From assembly GCA_964016885.1 (NCBI GenBank), contig OZ024759.1, forward strand, positions 14,756,001 to 14,820,000: a DNA stretch of 64,000 bases. Direction: 5' to 3'. Under the pieces are notes generated by a model. It saw only the letters and a list, made by a program, of their open reading frames with translations. It ran no database searches and had not been told where the DNA came from. Both the position numbers and the translations under genes were made by a program. This document shows, in pieces, positions 39,599 to 52,689 of the stretch. Source of the DNA: Eledone cirrhosa (Eukaryota). Position 1 is the first letter of the stretch. Each line of letters starts with the position of its first letter.

Positions 39599-40265
39599 TA
39601 TATATATATATACACACATATATATATATACACATATATATATATACACACATATATATATATATACACATATATATATATATATACACACATATATATA
39701 TATATATACACATATATATATATATATATACACACATATATATATATATACACATATATATATATATACACACATATATATATATATACACATATATATA
39801 TATATATATATACACACACATATATATATATACACATATATATATATATATACACACACATATATATATATACACATATATATATATATACACATATATA
39901 TATATATACACACATATATATATATATACACATATATATATATATATACACACATATATATATATATACACATATATATATATATATATACACACATATA
40001 TATATATATACACATATATATATATATACACACATATATATATATACACACATATATATATATATACACATATATATATATATATACACACACATATATA
40101 TATATACACATATATATATATATATACACACACATATATATATATACACATATATATATATATACACATATATATATATATATATACACATATATATATA
40201 TATACACACATATATATATATATACACATATATATATATACACACACATATATATATATATATAC
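38730..40265. repeat. TA/CA array
   Basis: Direct observation. Confidence 0.95.
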
Positions 40266-40266
40266 A

Positions 40267-40328
40267 TCCAGAATTAGCCGTCGAAACGGCTTGAGCTCAG
40301 CTGTCGGGGTCTTACTGGTTCCTATTAC
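40267..40328 (+). mobile_element. Single arm of palindromic family B
   Basis: CCAGAATTAGCCGTCGAAACGGCTTGAGCTCAGCTGTCGGGGTC..TTCCTAT matches 43331-43388. Confidence 0.75.
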
Positions 40329-40398
40329 ATATACATATATATATATATACATATATATACATATATATATACATATATATATATATACATATATATAC

Positions 40399-40454
<56 letters not shown>

Positions 40455-40461
<7 letters not shown>

Positions 40462-41012
40462 CGTTTATATGCTTATATGTAATGATATATATATATATAT
40501 ATATATATACTTACGTTTATATGCTTATATGTAATGATATATATATATATATATATATACATACGTTTATATGCTTATATGTAATGATATATATATATAT
40601 ATATACATACGTTTATATGTAATGATATATATATATACATACGTTTATATGCTTATATGTAATGATATATATATATATATACATACGTTTATATGCTTAT
40701 ATGTAATGATATATATATATATATATACATACGTTTATATGCTTATATGTAATGATATATATATATACATACGTTTATATGCTTATATGTAATGATATAT
40801 ATATATATATACATACGTTTATATGCTTATATGTAATGATATATATATATATATATACATACGTTTATATGCTTATATGTAATGATATATATATATATAC
40901 ATACGTTTATATGCTTATATGTAATGATATATATATATATATATACATACGTTTATATGCTTATATGTAATGATATATATATATATACATACGTTTATAT
41001 GCTTATATGTAA

Positions 41013-41075
<63 letters not shown>

Positions 41076-41096
41076 CGTTTATATGCTTATATGTAA

Positions 41097-41163
<67 letters not shown>

Positions 41164-41170
41164 CGTATAT
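40455..41170. repeat. Minisatellite ACATACGTTTATATGCTTATATGTAATGA with variable (TA)n spacers
   Basis: About 14 cores. Confidence 0.95.
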
Positions 41171-41378
41171 ATGCATTTATATATATATAATATGATATAT
41201 ACATATATATATATATGAGAAAGAGGGAGAGGGATACGTACATGGATATGTTTATAAATATATTTATACTTAGATACGCCGCGCAGAAATACATACGTAC
41301 AATATGCATTCTTATACATACATATATACACATACACATACATGCACACATACATGGACACATTCATATATATATATA

Positions 41379-41429
<51 letters not shown>

Positions 41430-41935
41430 ATTCATCCATTCAAACATACATATATATACATATATATTCATACGTTCATATTCATTCATTCAAACATATA
41501 TATATACATAGATGCATATACATTCATCCATTCAAATATATATGCATACATAGAAAACTATAAACATGGCTGATGTAAAAAGAAACGAGATAACTAGCGA
41601 AAGATAAATGTTCTTTAAAGCAGAACAGTTATGAATGATTTCAGCCCACTGGTAACTTTACTACAAATCTCATAGCGGTTATTGCAGAGATATTCTTATA
41701 ATCTGATATTCTTCTATTTCGTTAGCTTACAGACAAGAGCGAAAAGCATTCTTCCGTTCTTTTGAAACTGTCAAAAGTTGCTATTGTATTAAAGTGTTGG
41801 ATAAAAGAAGCCAGACCTTGTACAAGGCGAAAAAATGAAAACAAAGCGATTTCGTTGGAATAGCAGATCTCTTTATAAGATATTTAGTTTAATATTAGTA
41901 CTTTTATTTCCAAGTGTACAAGCATTCGTATTGTT

Positions 41936-41996
<61 letters not shown>

Positions 41997-42356
41997 TGTG
42001 TATATATATATATAATAATAATATATATGTAATATGTATTTTGATCGATATAAGATGATTTTGATCTTGTTCCTTATATATCTATATATCTATATATATA
42101 TATATCTATATATAAATATATAATCATGATTCTGCATCTTACATATAACCATCTTTCTAATAACTACATCATAGATATATATTGCGAAATACTTCTATTA
42201 TTCACAAGACGATTTATATAGATTAATATATATATATATATATGAGAGAGAAGATTACAGCGTTTTCAATGTTGATACTCCATTAGTCTGCTATAGGAAA
42301 GCTTTCTCGCTGGTGATATCTTATCGCGTTCAGAAAATTTAGAAGAACAAAAGAAA

Positions 42357-42463
42357 GGAGGTTGTCTGTCGGAAAGATGCGAAACGTGTCCTCCGCTGTT
42401 GGTTGTATTCAAAACAACGAACAGCGGAGGACACGTTTCGCACCTTTCCGACAGACGACCTCC
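42357..42463. repeat. GC-rich 107-bp inverted repeat
   Basis: Arms of about 50 bp, GGAGGTTGTCTGTCGGAAAG.. / ..CTTTCCGACAGACGACCTCC, about 3 differences. Confidence 0.9.
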
Positions 42464-42725
42464 CCCCCCCCCGAGACAACCCTCCAGTTGATGGATGTGA
42501 ATCCGAAATATATAGGGTCAATTAAATCTCTCCCAAGGTAACTCTTTCTAGTGTTGTTATTTTTATTTTTATCCTTTACGCTCTTTCCTTCATTCCTCTA
42601 CACGTTACAGTCTTATACACGCCACGCATCTCAACGTACACCCACTTACATATCTCTCTCCACCACCGGATCTTGTTACCCGGAGATTTACCCATCTGCA
42701 TTGTCGAGGCTTCCAAACGACTTAA

Positions 42726-42768
<43 letters not shown>

Positions 42769-42770
<2 letters not shown>

Positions 42771-42842
42771 GCCGTTTCGATAGCCAGATCTAGCTGTCGA
42801 AACGGTCGGAGCCCTGCCGTCGGAGCTCTGACTCTTTCCTAT
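42769..42842 (+). mobile_element. Truncated palindromic family B copy
   Basis: GCCGTTTCGATAGC..AGCTGTCGAAACGG..GCCGTCGG..TTTCCTAT between (TA)n. Confidence 0.7.
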
Positions 42843-42980
42843 ATATATATATATATATGAGAGAGAGTGTGTGTCTGTGGTACTAAGACCGGGGAGACCA
42901 CTGATCATGGGAGTACTCAATGCATAGGAAGATGCAGAGTAGGCATAGGGAAATGTGTGTGTATATCTATATATATACGT

Positions 42981-43022
42981 GGCTCTGATGAACGCCAAAC
43001 AGCGTGAAACAGACTGTCAGCT
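42981..43022 (+). ncRNA. Type I hammerhead ribozyme, canonical core
   Basis: GGCT CTGATGA ACGC CAAACA GCGT GAAA CA GAC TG TC AGCT. Confidence 0.8.
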
Positions 43023-43144
43023 TCTCACCCTTCTTTCACCGAAAAGAAGTGACATAGTCACTACTTTAAAACTGATAGTGTATGGTCTTCTAAATATTTT
43101 TAATTAAACATACGGTATATTGCCAAATATACTATACATACATT

Positions 43145-43197
<53 letters not shown>

Positions 43198-43199
<2 letters not shown>

Positions 43200-43383
43200 C
43201 GAAGGAATTTGGTAAGGAACCAGATGGACCATAACGCACCAGAGTACTCAATACTTAAGATAGTAGAGTGGGTAATAGGAAAAGTATGACCCCGACGCAG
43301 AGCTCAAGCCGTTTCGACGGCTATTTCAGTCCAGAAATAGCCGTCGAAACGGTTTGAGCTCTGCCGCCGGGGTCATACTTTTT

Positions 43384-43388
<5 letters not shown>
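43198..43388. mobile_element. Palindromic family B element (head plus ~114-bp hairpin) in (TA)n
   Basis: Inverted repeat 43275-43388; head shared with 45229 and 45493 copies. Confidence 0.85.
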
Positions 43389-43429
<41 letters not shown>

Positions 43430-43609
43430 CAGAAATAATAAAGCAAATGATAAGGTATATTGGAGAAATATATTAGTTTAACGCTTGAAATAGCAGGAAA
43501 AGAGTCTTACCGCTTCGTATACGTAACCTTCATTAAAAGATTGAATTAGAAATAAAAGATAAAATAGAAACATAAAGCGTAGTATGAGGAAGGAACGGCA
43601 AAAATGACA

Positions 43610-43880
43610 AAGAAGGGGAAGCAACCGTTTCCAATTGATCCGGATGGATCTCCAAGCGAGACCAGCCAAGTTAATTGCAACCATCTTGCTCGGGATCTAC
43701 ACCTAGTTCTCCTGCTGGCTGGTTTTGCCCATAAAATCTGCCCAGCGATTCTTTCGTGAGATAGTCTAACCACATGCCCATAATATCGGTGCTATGATCT
43801 TTCAATTGAGAGAATTAGCCGCTCTACCTGAAGTGACTCTCTGATCTCCAGCTTACGCATTCTCTCGAGTAACGTTACTC
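43610..43880 (-). mobile_element. RTE-like LINE 3' fragment
   Basis: RLSHERIAGQILWAKP..RSRARW; nucleotide similarity to 63320-63395. Confidence 0.65.
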
Positions 43881-44364
43881 CAAAGACTCTTCGGTGGAAC
43901 TATATTTCGGCCGCTTCCATTCACAATCGAATAAAATTTAGTCATAAGTTTATGTAAGCACCTTTGACTTTAAATGATATGGTGTATGTATGTCTATTTA
44001 TGTAAGTGTTATCTCAACGTTTTGCTCCTGCCGTTTCTTTATAGTATAAAATCTCCAGTGTTTGTTGCCTCACAGTTAAACTATTATTTCTACAGACAAA
44101 AAAATCTTTATTATTTTTTTAGTATTGATTAAACAGTGAAAGCCAGAATAACTCTCGTTAGGAGTAAAATAAAACATAAACGACGATAATTGGGATATAA
44201 TAATGAGATAGAATATGATATTTAAGATATCTTGAAATAAACCGGTGTTTACATTTCTGACACCGCAAATCAGATGATGTTACGAAATTTATGTTTACGA
44301 AGACAAAACAATGTTAAACGTATATGATAATCTAAATGAAGCTGTAATGAAGCTATGACATAAA

Positions 44365-44610
44365 GAAATAGAAACTAGATAACATGACGGATGGTGCCTG
44401 ATAACACCCGTCACCCTCATTCCAGTAATAGAAACTACATAACATGACGGCTGGTGCCTGATAACACCCGTCATCCTCATTCCAGTTATAGAAACTGCAT
44501 AACATGACGGCTGGTGCTTGATAACACCCGTCACCCTCATTCCAGTTATAGAAACGACAAAACATGACGGCTGGTGCCTGATAACACACGTCACCTACAT
44601 TCCAGCTATT
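44365..44610. repeat. 60-bp minisatellite, 4 copies
   Basis: ATAACACCCGTCA recurs at exactly 60-bp spacing. Confidence 0.95.
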
Positions 44611-44839
44611 GTAGCAGGCTGGTTGTAGCCTTGGGTATCATTTTAAGATCAAGTTTAAATTGTATGACTGGTCATCTCATTGCATAATGTATGGGGTTGA
44701 TTGTAGAATTGTAGAATTATAGTTTGCATTTGCTTGAGTTCGTTGATAGAATGAGTTTGGATTAGATTTGTTTACGTTCTAGTGTAGACGAAGGACTGCC
44801 TTATATAAGCCTTTATATAAGCCATTTACGCTTCCCTAT

Positions 44840-44960
44840 GAAGGCGAGTGGCTGAGTGGTTAGAGAATTGGATTCGCAATCGTAAGGTTGTGAGTTCGAT
44901 TCCTGGACCAGGCGATGCGTTATGTCCTTGAGCAAGACACTTTATTTCACGTTGCTCCTT
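44840..44960 (+). mobile_element. tRNA-derived CORE-like SINE, 5' part
   Basis: A box TGGCTGAGTGG, B box GAGTTCGATTCC, then GTCCTTGAGCAAGACACTTTATTTCAC. Confidence 0.8.
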
Positions 44961-45197
44961 CTACCTGGAGTTGCGACCGATAGATAGTATTAGCAATTGG
45001 AAAGACCAACGGAAACATTGTTCCCTCGGTCCGATTTGACGAAAGTCGATCGTTCCTACTATGAACGAATCCATATGATGTACCTCCTAACATGTTTATC
45101 ACTCTCGTGACTTAGACTACGTTGGGCAGTTTATAAGAAGCTTCATCGGAAAATTGTGTTGGCCTATGTGGCTCTGCCATTAAATTGATCTAATTCC

Positions 45198-45228
<31 letters not shown>

Positions 45229-45233
<5 letters not shown>

Positions 45234-45422
45234 CAGAAAGAGGGTGTAGTAAGATGTCAGGTGGACCATAACGCACCAGAGTACTCAATACTTAGGGTAG
45301 TAGTAGTGGGTAATACGAAAAGAGTCAGGAACCCGACGGCTGAGCTCCGGCCGTTTCGACGGATACATACGATCTAACTGTTGAAACGGCCGGTTCTCAG
45401 CCGTCGGGCCCCTGACTCTCTT

Positions 45423-45428
<6 letters not shown>
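45229..45428. mobile_element. Palindromic family B element
   Basis: Head GGACCATAACGCACCAGAGTACTC plus ~110-bp hairpin ending TTCCTAT. Confidence 0.85.
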
Positions 45429-45492
<64 letters not shown>

Positions 45493-45495
<3 letters not shown>

Positions 45496-45690
45496 CGAAG
45501 GAAGTGTGGTAAAGAACCAGGTGGACCATAACGCACCAGAGTACTCGATACTTTGGGTAGTAGAGTGGGTAATCGGAAAAGTGTCAGGACCCCCACGGCA
45601 GAGCTCAAGACGTTTCGACGGCTATTTCCAGAAATAGCGGTCAAAACGGCTTGAGCTCTGCCTGTCGAGGTCCTGGCTATTTTCCTATAT
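45493..45690. mobile_element. Palindromic family B element
   Basis: Same head and hairpin; separated from previous copy by pure (TA)n. Confidence 0.85.
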
Positions 45691-45754
45691 ATATGTGTGT
45701 GTGTGTAATCATTTTATCATAGACATTACTTCATGGGTTTTGCACTTAGAATGT

Positions 45755-46045
45755 TCCTCTCCAAGGCACAACACTGGGAGGTGTTTTTGTAGAAGACTAG
45801 TAGTCACCTATGTATACCAGTCTCCCATTTCCACGCCACCAATGTTGTCAATAAAAAAGGCAATGGCTTATACAGCTTGGCATCAGTAGTGACGTTGCGA
45901 CTCATTTCTACAGCCGTGTTGACAGAATAAACGTGAAATAAAGAGTATTGCTCAATGTCACAACGCATCGCTCGGTCCTGGTCGGAAATGAAAATATCAC
46001 GATTGTAAATCAATCTCTCTAACCATTAAGTCAAGCTCCTTCACG
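45755..46045 (-). mobile_element. Old CORE-like SINE
   Basis: ACGTGAAATAAAGAGTATTGCTCAA..CTCTAACCATTAAG is a decayed reverse complement of the 44840 head. Confidence 0.6.
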
Positions 46046-46514
46046 TATATGCATATATAGTGATCATGTTCTTGCTCATTACCATGCCTAAAGTAACAAC
46101 CATTATAACACTCACAGAGACCCCGAAAAAAGGTCATGAACGAAGCCCTTCATTCTCCCAGTAAAAATGTAAAAACACAACAACAACAACCCGACTCGCC
46201 TACAAAAAAAAAAAAAAAAAAAAAAAAAGAATTGATTCTAGTAGCCTGTATTGGTTATCAATAACTAAAATTCATGACATCTGACAAGTGTTCACATGGC
46301 TAGAATATGGCCTCATCAGTTCTGCAGAATACCTTAATCATGACGACAGTGTAAAGTTGAATTTAATGGTCTTCTGCTCATCATAAAAACACCCGTGGAT
46401 TTTGCTAGGATAATTACTAATAGGCTGTATTACAGCAATCTGCAAGATTCAATGCTGTTACCTCGCTCTTATAACTGTTTTCACTCCATTTTCTTCACTA
46501 GCACAATACATTAA

Positions 46515-47238
46515 CTGCGGTGTATGTATTTGTATCTGTCATTGTTCCTTTGTAGTGTTCGTGTGGTGAGTGTGTTTGTGGTTTGTGTGTGTGTTTCTGT
46601 GGGGTTTGTGGTTTGTGTGAGTGTTTCTGTGGTGGTGGTGTGAGTTTGTGTGTCTGTGGTGGTGTGTGTCTTTCTGTGGTGGTGGTGGTGGTGATGCTGT
46701 GTGTGTGTGTGTGTGTGTGTGTGTGTTGTGTGTGATGATTGTGTGTCTGCGTGTGTCTTTGTGAATAGTTGTGTGGTGTGTGCGTGCGTGTGTGTGTTTC
46801 TTAGTGTGTGTATGTCTGTGTGTATTTGTGTATCTTTGTGAATGTTTGTATATAGTGTGTGGCATGTGGTGTGTATGTGTGTGTCTTTGTGACTGTATGT
46901 GTGTGGTGTGTGCGTGTCTGTGTTTGTAATTTTGACTGTTTTCCCGGTGTGTGTGCGTGCGTGTTGTATAGTATGTGTAGTGTAGGCTATGTGTTTACGT
47001 GTCTGTGTATATGTCGGTGTGTGTGTCTCAGTTTCTGTGTGTGTGTGTCTGCGTGTGTGTGTGTGTATATGTGATGGTTCATGTGTGGTGTGTGTCTCTG
47101 CGCGTGTGACTATGTGCGTACGTGTGTGTATACGCATGTTTATGTGTATGTATGTAAAGATGTTACTTGAATATATTCTAGCTGTATGTACTTGTGTATG
47201 TATGTATATGTATGCATGTATGTATAAAGGTATGTATG

Positions 47239-47270
<32 letters not shown>

Positions 47271-47394
47271 CAGCTATGTATGTATGTATGTATGTAAACA
47301 GCTATGTATGTATATATATATATATGTATGAATGCATGTATGTATGTATGTGTATGTATGTAAATATGCAGCTATGTATGTGTATGCATGTATG

Positions 47395-47425
<31 letters not shown>

Positions 47426-48478
47426 GCAGCTATGTATGTAAGCAGCTATGTATGTAAGCAGCTATGTATGTATATGCATGTATGTATGTAAGCAGCTATG
47501 TATGTATATGTATGTATACATGTATGTATGTAAGCAGCTATGTATGTATATGTATGTATACATGTATGTATGTAAGCAGCTATGTATGTATATGTATGTA
47601 TGCTTGGCTGTTTCTACGTGTGCATATGTGTCTTTGTGTATATGTGTTTCTCTCTATATGTATGTATGTGTAGCTGTTTCTATGTGCATATGTGTGACTT
47701 TGTATAATTATGTATGTGTGTGTGTGTGTGTGTTTGTGTGTATCTTGTTTGCTCCTGAATGTCAAGGTATGCGTCAATTTGTCTGTGTATATGTGTGAGC
47801 GCGTCTGTATGATGTATGTGTGAGCGTGTCTGTGTGTATGTGTCAGTGTGTATGTATGTAGGTTTTATCTGCATGTATGTGTATATGTGTGAGCGTGTAT
47901 GTGCGAGTGTCTGTGTATGTAGGTTTTATCTGCTTTTATGTGAGCGTGTGTGTGCATGTGCGTGTGTATGGGCGTGCGTGTCTGTGTGTGTATGGGCGTG
48001 CGTGTCTGTGTGTGTATGGACGTGCGTGTCTGTGTGTATGGACGTGCGTGTCTGTGTGTGTATGGACGTGCGTGTCTGTATGTGTGTGTGTATTTCAGAG
48101 AGAAAGCAGTAATTGGTCACAGAGAAAGGCAGACGTTTAGTGGAGTGAAATAATATAATGAAGAGTGTAAAAGGAAGAAGTGACAGATAGATAGAGGGAG
48201 TGGGAGACAGTGAGGGAGAAAAATAGAGAGGGTGGGGGGTGGTGGTAGTGGTGAAGAAACGCAAAAGTAATGACAGAGAATAATTAGAGCGACAAACAGA
48301 GAGTGACCTTATCTCTGGGTATTCGCGTGTGTGTGTTGAATGTGAGTTTGGTGTGCCCTATGTATTTTGTCTGTACGTGTGTGTGTGTTTGTGCCTGTGA
48401 GTGTATGTGCCTCTGTCTCTCTGTTTTTCGTGTGGGTTTGTATGTGTGCCTGTGTCTGTTTGTGCCTGTGTGTTTTTA

Positions 48479-48510
<32 letters not shown>

Positions 48511-48600
48511 CCTCTCTCTGTGTGTTTTGTGTGGGTCAGTATGTGTGCGTCTGTGTGTCTTTGAGCCTGTGTGTGTGTGTTTCCTGTTGTATGAGTCTAA
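46515..48600. repeat. TG/TATG low-complexity arrays
   Basis: Direct observation. Confidence 0.85.
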
Positions 48601-49127
48601 TAAAGTCTGCAGCACAGACGTAACGCTACAGTATGAAGGGAAGCAAACGTTATTCACTCACAAGAAATACTTTATTTGGAGAAATGGAGAAAGACTGAAG
48701 AATAAAGTGGAGCGGGATGGGACAAGTCTTTTAAATAGAAAGCATGTATGTGAGAGAGAGAAAAGTGAGTGAATGTGAGGTAAAGAGTGGGGGAAAGAAC
48801 GTGAGAAAGAGGGAAAGAACATGAGAGAGGGAAATAGAGAGGAAAGAACGTGAGAAAGAGAAAGGGAAAGAAAGAGTGGGGGAAAGAGAGGAGAGAGAGG
48901 GGAAGAGAGCGAGAGGGAGTGAGAGAGAGAGAGGGGAAGAGAGCGAGAGGGAGGGAGAGAGAGATGGAAAGAACATGAGAAAGTGAGAGAGAAGGAGTGA
49001 GGGAAAGAACGTGAGAAAGTGTAAGATCAAGACAAAGAAATATTTGATTAGAAAGACAAGAGGAAGAATTGACTTCAAAGAGAAACAAACTTTAATGCTG
49101 CCATGTGACAATTATCATTGTATGTAC

Positions 49128-49160
<33 letters not shown>

Positions 49161-49497
49161 CATATATATACATACACATATATATACATATATATACATA
49201 CACATATATATACATACATATATAGATACATATATATAGATACATATATACACACACACATATATATATATACATACATATATACACACATATATATACA
49301 TACATATATACACACACTGACACATTCTTACACGAACAGACACGTATATACACCACACACACAAATATACACATACATACTTACATATATATACATACAT
49401 GCATACACACATATATATACATACATGCATACATACATACATACCTACCTACCTTCATACATATATTCATCATGCACACACACACACACACATATGC

Positions 49498-49536
<39 letters not shown>

Positions 49537-49578
49537 TGTATATACGTATGTACATGTATATACGTATGTATATGTATG

Positions 49579-49617
<39 letters not shown>

Positions 49618-49746
49618 ATATATATGTGTATATAATTATATTTACATGTATATATGTATGTGTATATATGTATATATGTGTGTGCATATATATGTGTATA
49701 TAATTATATTTACATGTATATATGTATGTGTATATATGTATGTGTA

Positions 49747-49784
<38 letters not shown>

Positions 49785-50024
49785 GTTGCACAAATACTGA
49801 ATTACATAGAATCATTGCAAAACACACGCACATGCACATACTTACTCGCACATACATACATGCATCCACATACATACATGCATACATGCATACACATACA
49901 TATAGAGATATACAATCATACGCACACCGACATAAATATACACGAGGAAAGCAATTGAAAGAGTTATTAGCTTGTCTGTGTCTTATGGCCATAAGATACA
50001 CTGTCATTAATGAATCCATATAAA

Positions 50025-50375
50025 TCTCTACTCCGTCGGTTACGACGGTGAGTGTTTTGAGTTAGTTGATCAACGAATTAGACTGATCATGAAGTTAACA
50101 TGCAAGTGGCTGAGCGTTTCACAGACACGCATATCCTGAACGGGGTGCTCATGCTAGTCCTATCACATGCTGTGTGACGGATTCCACGTGACACAGCATG
50201 TGACAAGACTAGCCCTTCGAATTACAGATAGAACTCTTTTTTTTTGTCAGATAAATGGACAGCAGATATGTGAAATAAATTGACTTGCTCAATGACAGGA
50301 CGCGCAGTCGGCTAGAAAACTCGGGACCCTACGATCTTGAGGCGAATACTCTAATCGCAAAGCCATGTACCTCCG
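50025..50375 (-). mobile_element. Old CORE-like SINE
   Basis: GTGAAATAAATTGACTTGCTCAA and a decayed tRNA head; inverted duplicate at about 54705-54960. Confidence 0.65.
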
Positions 50376-50544
50376 TATATTACAAACAGGAACACAAACT
50401 AAGGCAAACAAAGCTAACCACAGGAACACAAACTTACGTATGCATTCAATAATCTCTCATCACTATATAAAACATTGCCATACAGCGTCTAGAAGTTTTA
50501 AACAGTGCCATTGAAATATAATTAATTTTTTTGTATTAATAATA

Positions 50545-50737
50545 AATAATTGTTTCTACTTTTGGCACAAGGCCAGCAAATACCTCAGTGTATTACTTGT
50601 ACTTTTTTTTATCGATCCCATAATGATGAAAAGCAAAGTTAACCTCGGCGGGATATGAACTCAGATCATAAAAGGCCGTAATTCTTTGCTGCAAAACATG
50701 GCGTCAGACCCTCCACCGCTACTGCCAATGCACCGCA
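50545..50737 (-). mobile_element. SINE family 1
   Basis: Reverse complement of consensus; TAATAAATAAT on both sides. Confidence 0.9.
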
Positions 50738-51330
50738 CTAATAAATAATTGTGGTGGTGACCAGGCACCGCACTAATAAATAATTGTGGTGGTGACCAGG
50801 CACGGACAAAACCATCGTCTTGAGTATAAGGTGACTTCTGTGTATATATAGAGTGTAGTGTAATGGTGAGCAGACATAGACATTGTCTTGAGTATAACGT
50901 GTCTTCTGTATATATAGTGTAGAGTAGTGTGGTGGAGAGCAGACACAGACAAACATCGTCTTGAGTATAAGGTGTCTTCTGTATATATATGTAGTGTAGT
51001 GTAGTGTGGTGGTGAGCAGACATAAACATCGTCTTGAGTATAAGGGGTCTTTTGTGTATATATGTAGTGTAGTGTAGTGGAGAGAAGACACATACGTCAT
51101 CTTGAGTATAAGGTGTCTTCTGTGTATATATATAGAGTGTAGTGTAGTGTAGTGTGGTGGAGAGAAGACACAGACATCATCTTGAGTATAAGGTGTCTTC
51201 TGTGTATATATATAGTGTATAGTGTACTGGTGAGCAGACATAGATATTGTCTTGAGTATAACGTGTCTTCTGTGTATATATATAGAGAGAGTGTAGTGTA
51301 GAGAAGTGTGGTGGTGAGCAGACATCGTCT
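50728..51330. repeat. 35-bp duplication followed by ~60-75 bp minisatellite
   Basis: CACCGCACTAATAAATAATTGTGGTGGTGACCAGG x2; about 8 copies of TCTTGAGTATAAGGTGTCTTCTG.. Confidence 0.9.
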
Positions 51331-51948
51331 CGATTCTCCCGCCCTCTCTTGGTACAACTTAACCACCACTTCCTTAATATATCTTCTTTTTCTTCTTGTT
51401 TTTCTTCTTCTTCTCTTCTTTTCTTCTTCTTTTCTTCTTCTTTTTCTCTATTTCTAATTTTTTCTCCCCCCCCCCCCCCTTCAACAGCAATCTCCGCAAG
51501 TATATACACATGCAATCCTTAATTTTGTATTCGTTACTATTTAACTTTTGGCACCAAAGCACCAATTCAATTTCCGGCCCGACTGTTGCCAAGGATACAC
51601 GCATCACGCTAACGTTATTCCCGTGAGGTGGACATGTAAACAAAATGGCTTCATGCCTAATTTAAAAAGTGAGAACAAAACTAATAAAAGTAAAAAGAAA
51701 AATATAAAAAAAATATAGAAATAAATAAAAGTTGAAAAAATACCCACCAAACAATTCAATTCAACACAAATATTTATCAAATATAGCTGTTGTATATTTC
51801 GTGTAAAACAACTGTCAAGCTAGAAAAGCGATGCTAAGAGTGGGTTGCATTTGTGTGTGTGCGTGTGAGAGAGATCGAGGGAGAGAGAGAAATAGATGGA
51901 GATTTTTTCAAATAGTATGTATCATGGACTATTATTATCATTAATTAA

Positions 51949-52114
51949 GGGGGGAAATTGGCAGTATCATATACTTTGCAGCATAGTTATGGCCATTTAC
52001 GTTCTGAGTTCAAATCCCGCCGTGGTTAGCTTTGCCTTTCTCCCTTACGGGGTCGATAAAATAAAGTACCAGTAATGTAGTGGGGTTAATTGCTGGCCTT
52101 GTGCCAAAAAGTAG

Positions 52115-52159
<45 letters not shown>

Positions 52160-52375
52160 GGGCGGTGAATTGGCAGTATCGGTAGAGGGTCGGACGCCAT
52201 GCTTTGACGCATAGAGTTACGGCCCTTGCTATTCTGTGTTCAAATCCCGCCGAGGTTAACTTTGCCTTTCATCCATACGGCGTCGATAAAATAAAGCACC
52301 ATTAATGCACTGGGGTCGATTTAATTGACTTTCCCGTTCCTCCAAAATTGCTGGCCTTGTGTCGAAACAATTATT
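51949..52375 (+). mobile_element. Two SINE family 1 copies separated by (ATT)n
   Basis: 51949-52125 (internally deleted) and 52160-52375 (longer 3' variant). Confidence 0.9.
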
Positions 52376-52689
52376 GTGGTCATTTGGGTTGGGATGAGCA
52401 CTTTTCAAATGCATATAAATACACACACACACATACACACATACATACATACATATACATATATATATATACATATCTGTTGCTTAAACCATTTTGTTTG
52501 TTTACCCTAGCATCCCCTTTATTTACGTGTCCCAACCACTTTTTTTAGCCGTTGCTCGCACCAACCTGAGGTGTATGTCCTTTAAAGCGATAAAATGCCT
52601 ACGACGGTTGGAAGGCCACTGATGAAGGACAAACTTTTTCATATATATATACATATATATACATATACATATATATATATATATATACA

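Larger units (their letters stand above)
49010..50748. repeat. Left arm of inverted segmental duplication
   Basis: Collinear reverse-complement match to 54345-55130. Confidence 0.85.

Noticed and set aside
40455-41170. CRISPR-like constant repeat with variable spacers
   Set aside because: Spacers are only (TA)n of varying length; eukaryotic context and no cas genes
44353-44589. Cys-containing 20-aa repeat ORF
   Set aside because: Consequence of the 60-bp unit length; no signal peptide or splice evidence
46275-46326. Minus-strand CTGATGA GGC..GCC ATGT GAAC..GTC
   Set aside because: GAAA incomplete, extra bases in the core, no stem I
48672-49111. Peptide [25 protein letters not shown] shared with ORF 54923-55771
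   Set aside because: Reflects the inverted DNA duplication; ORFs extend only through CT-rich repeats
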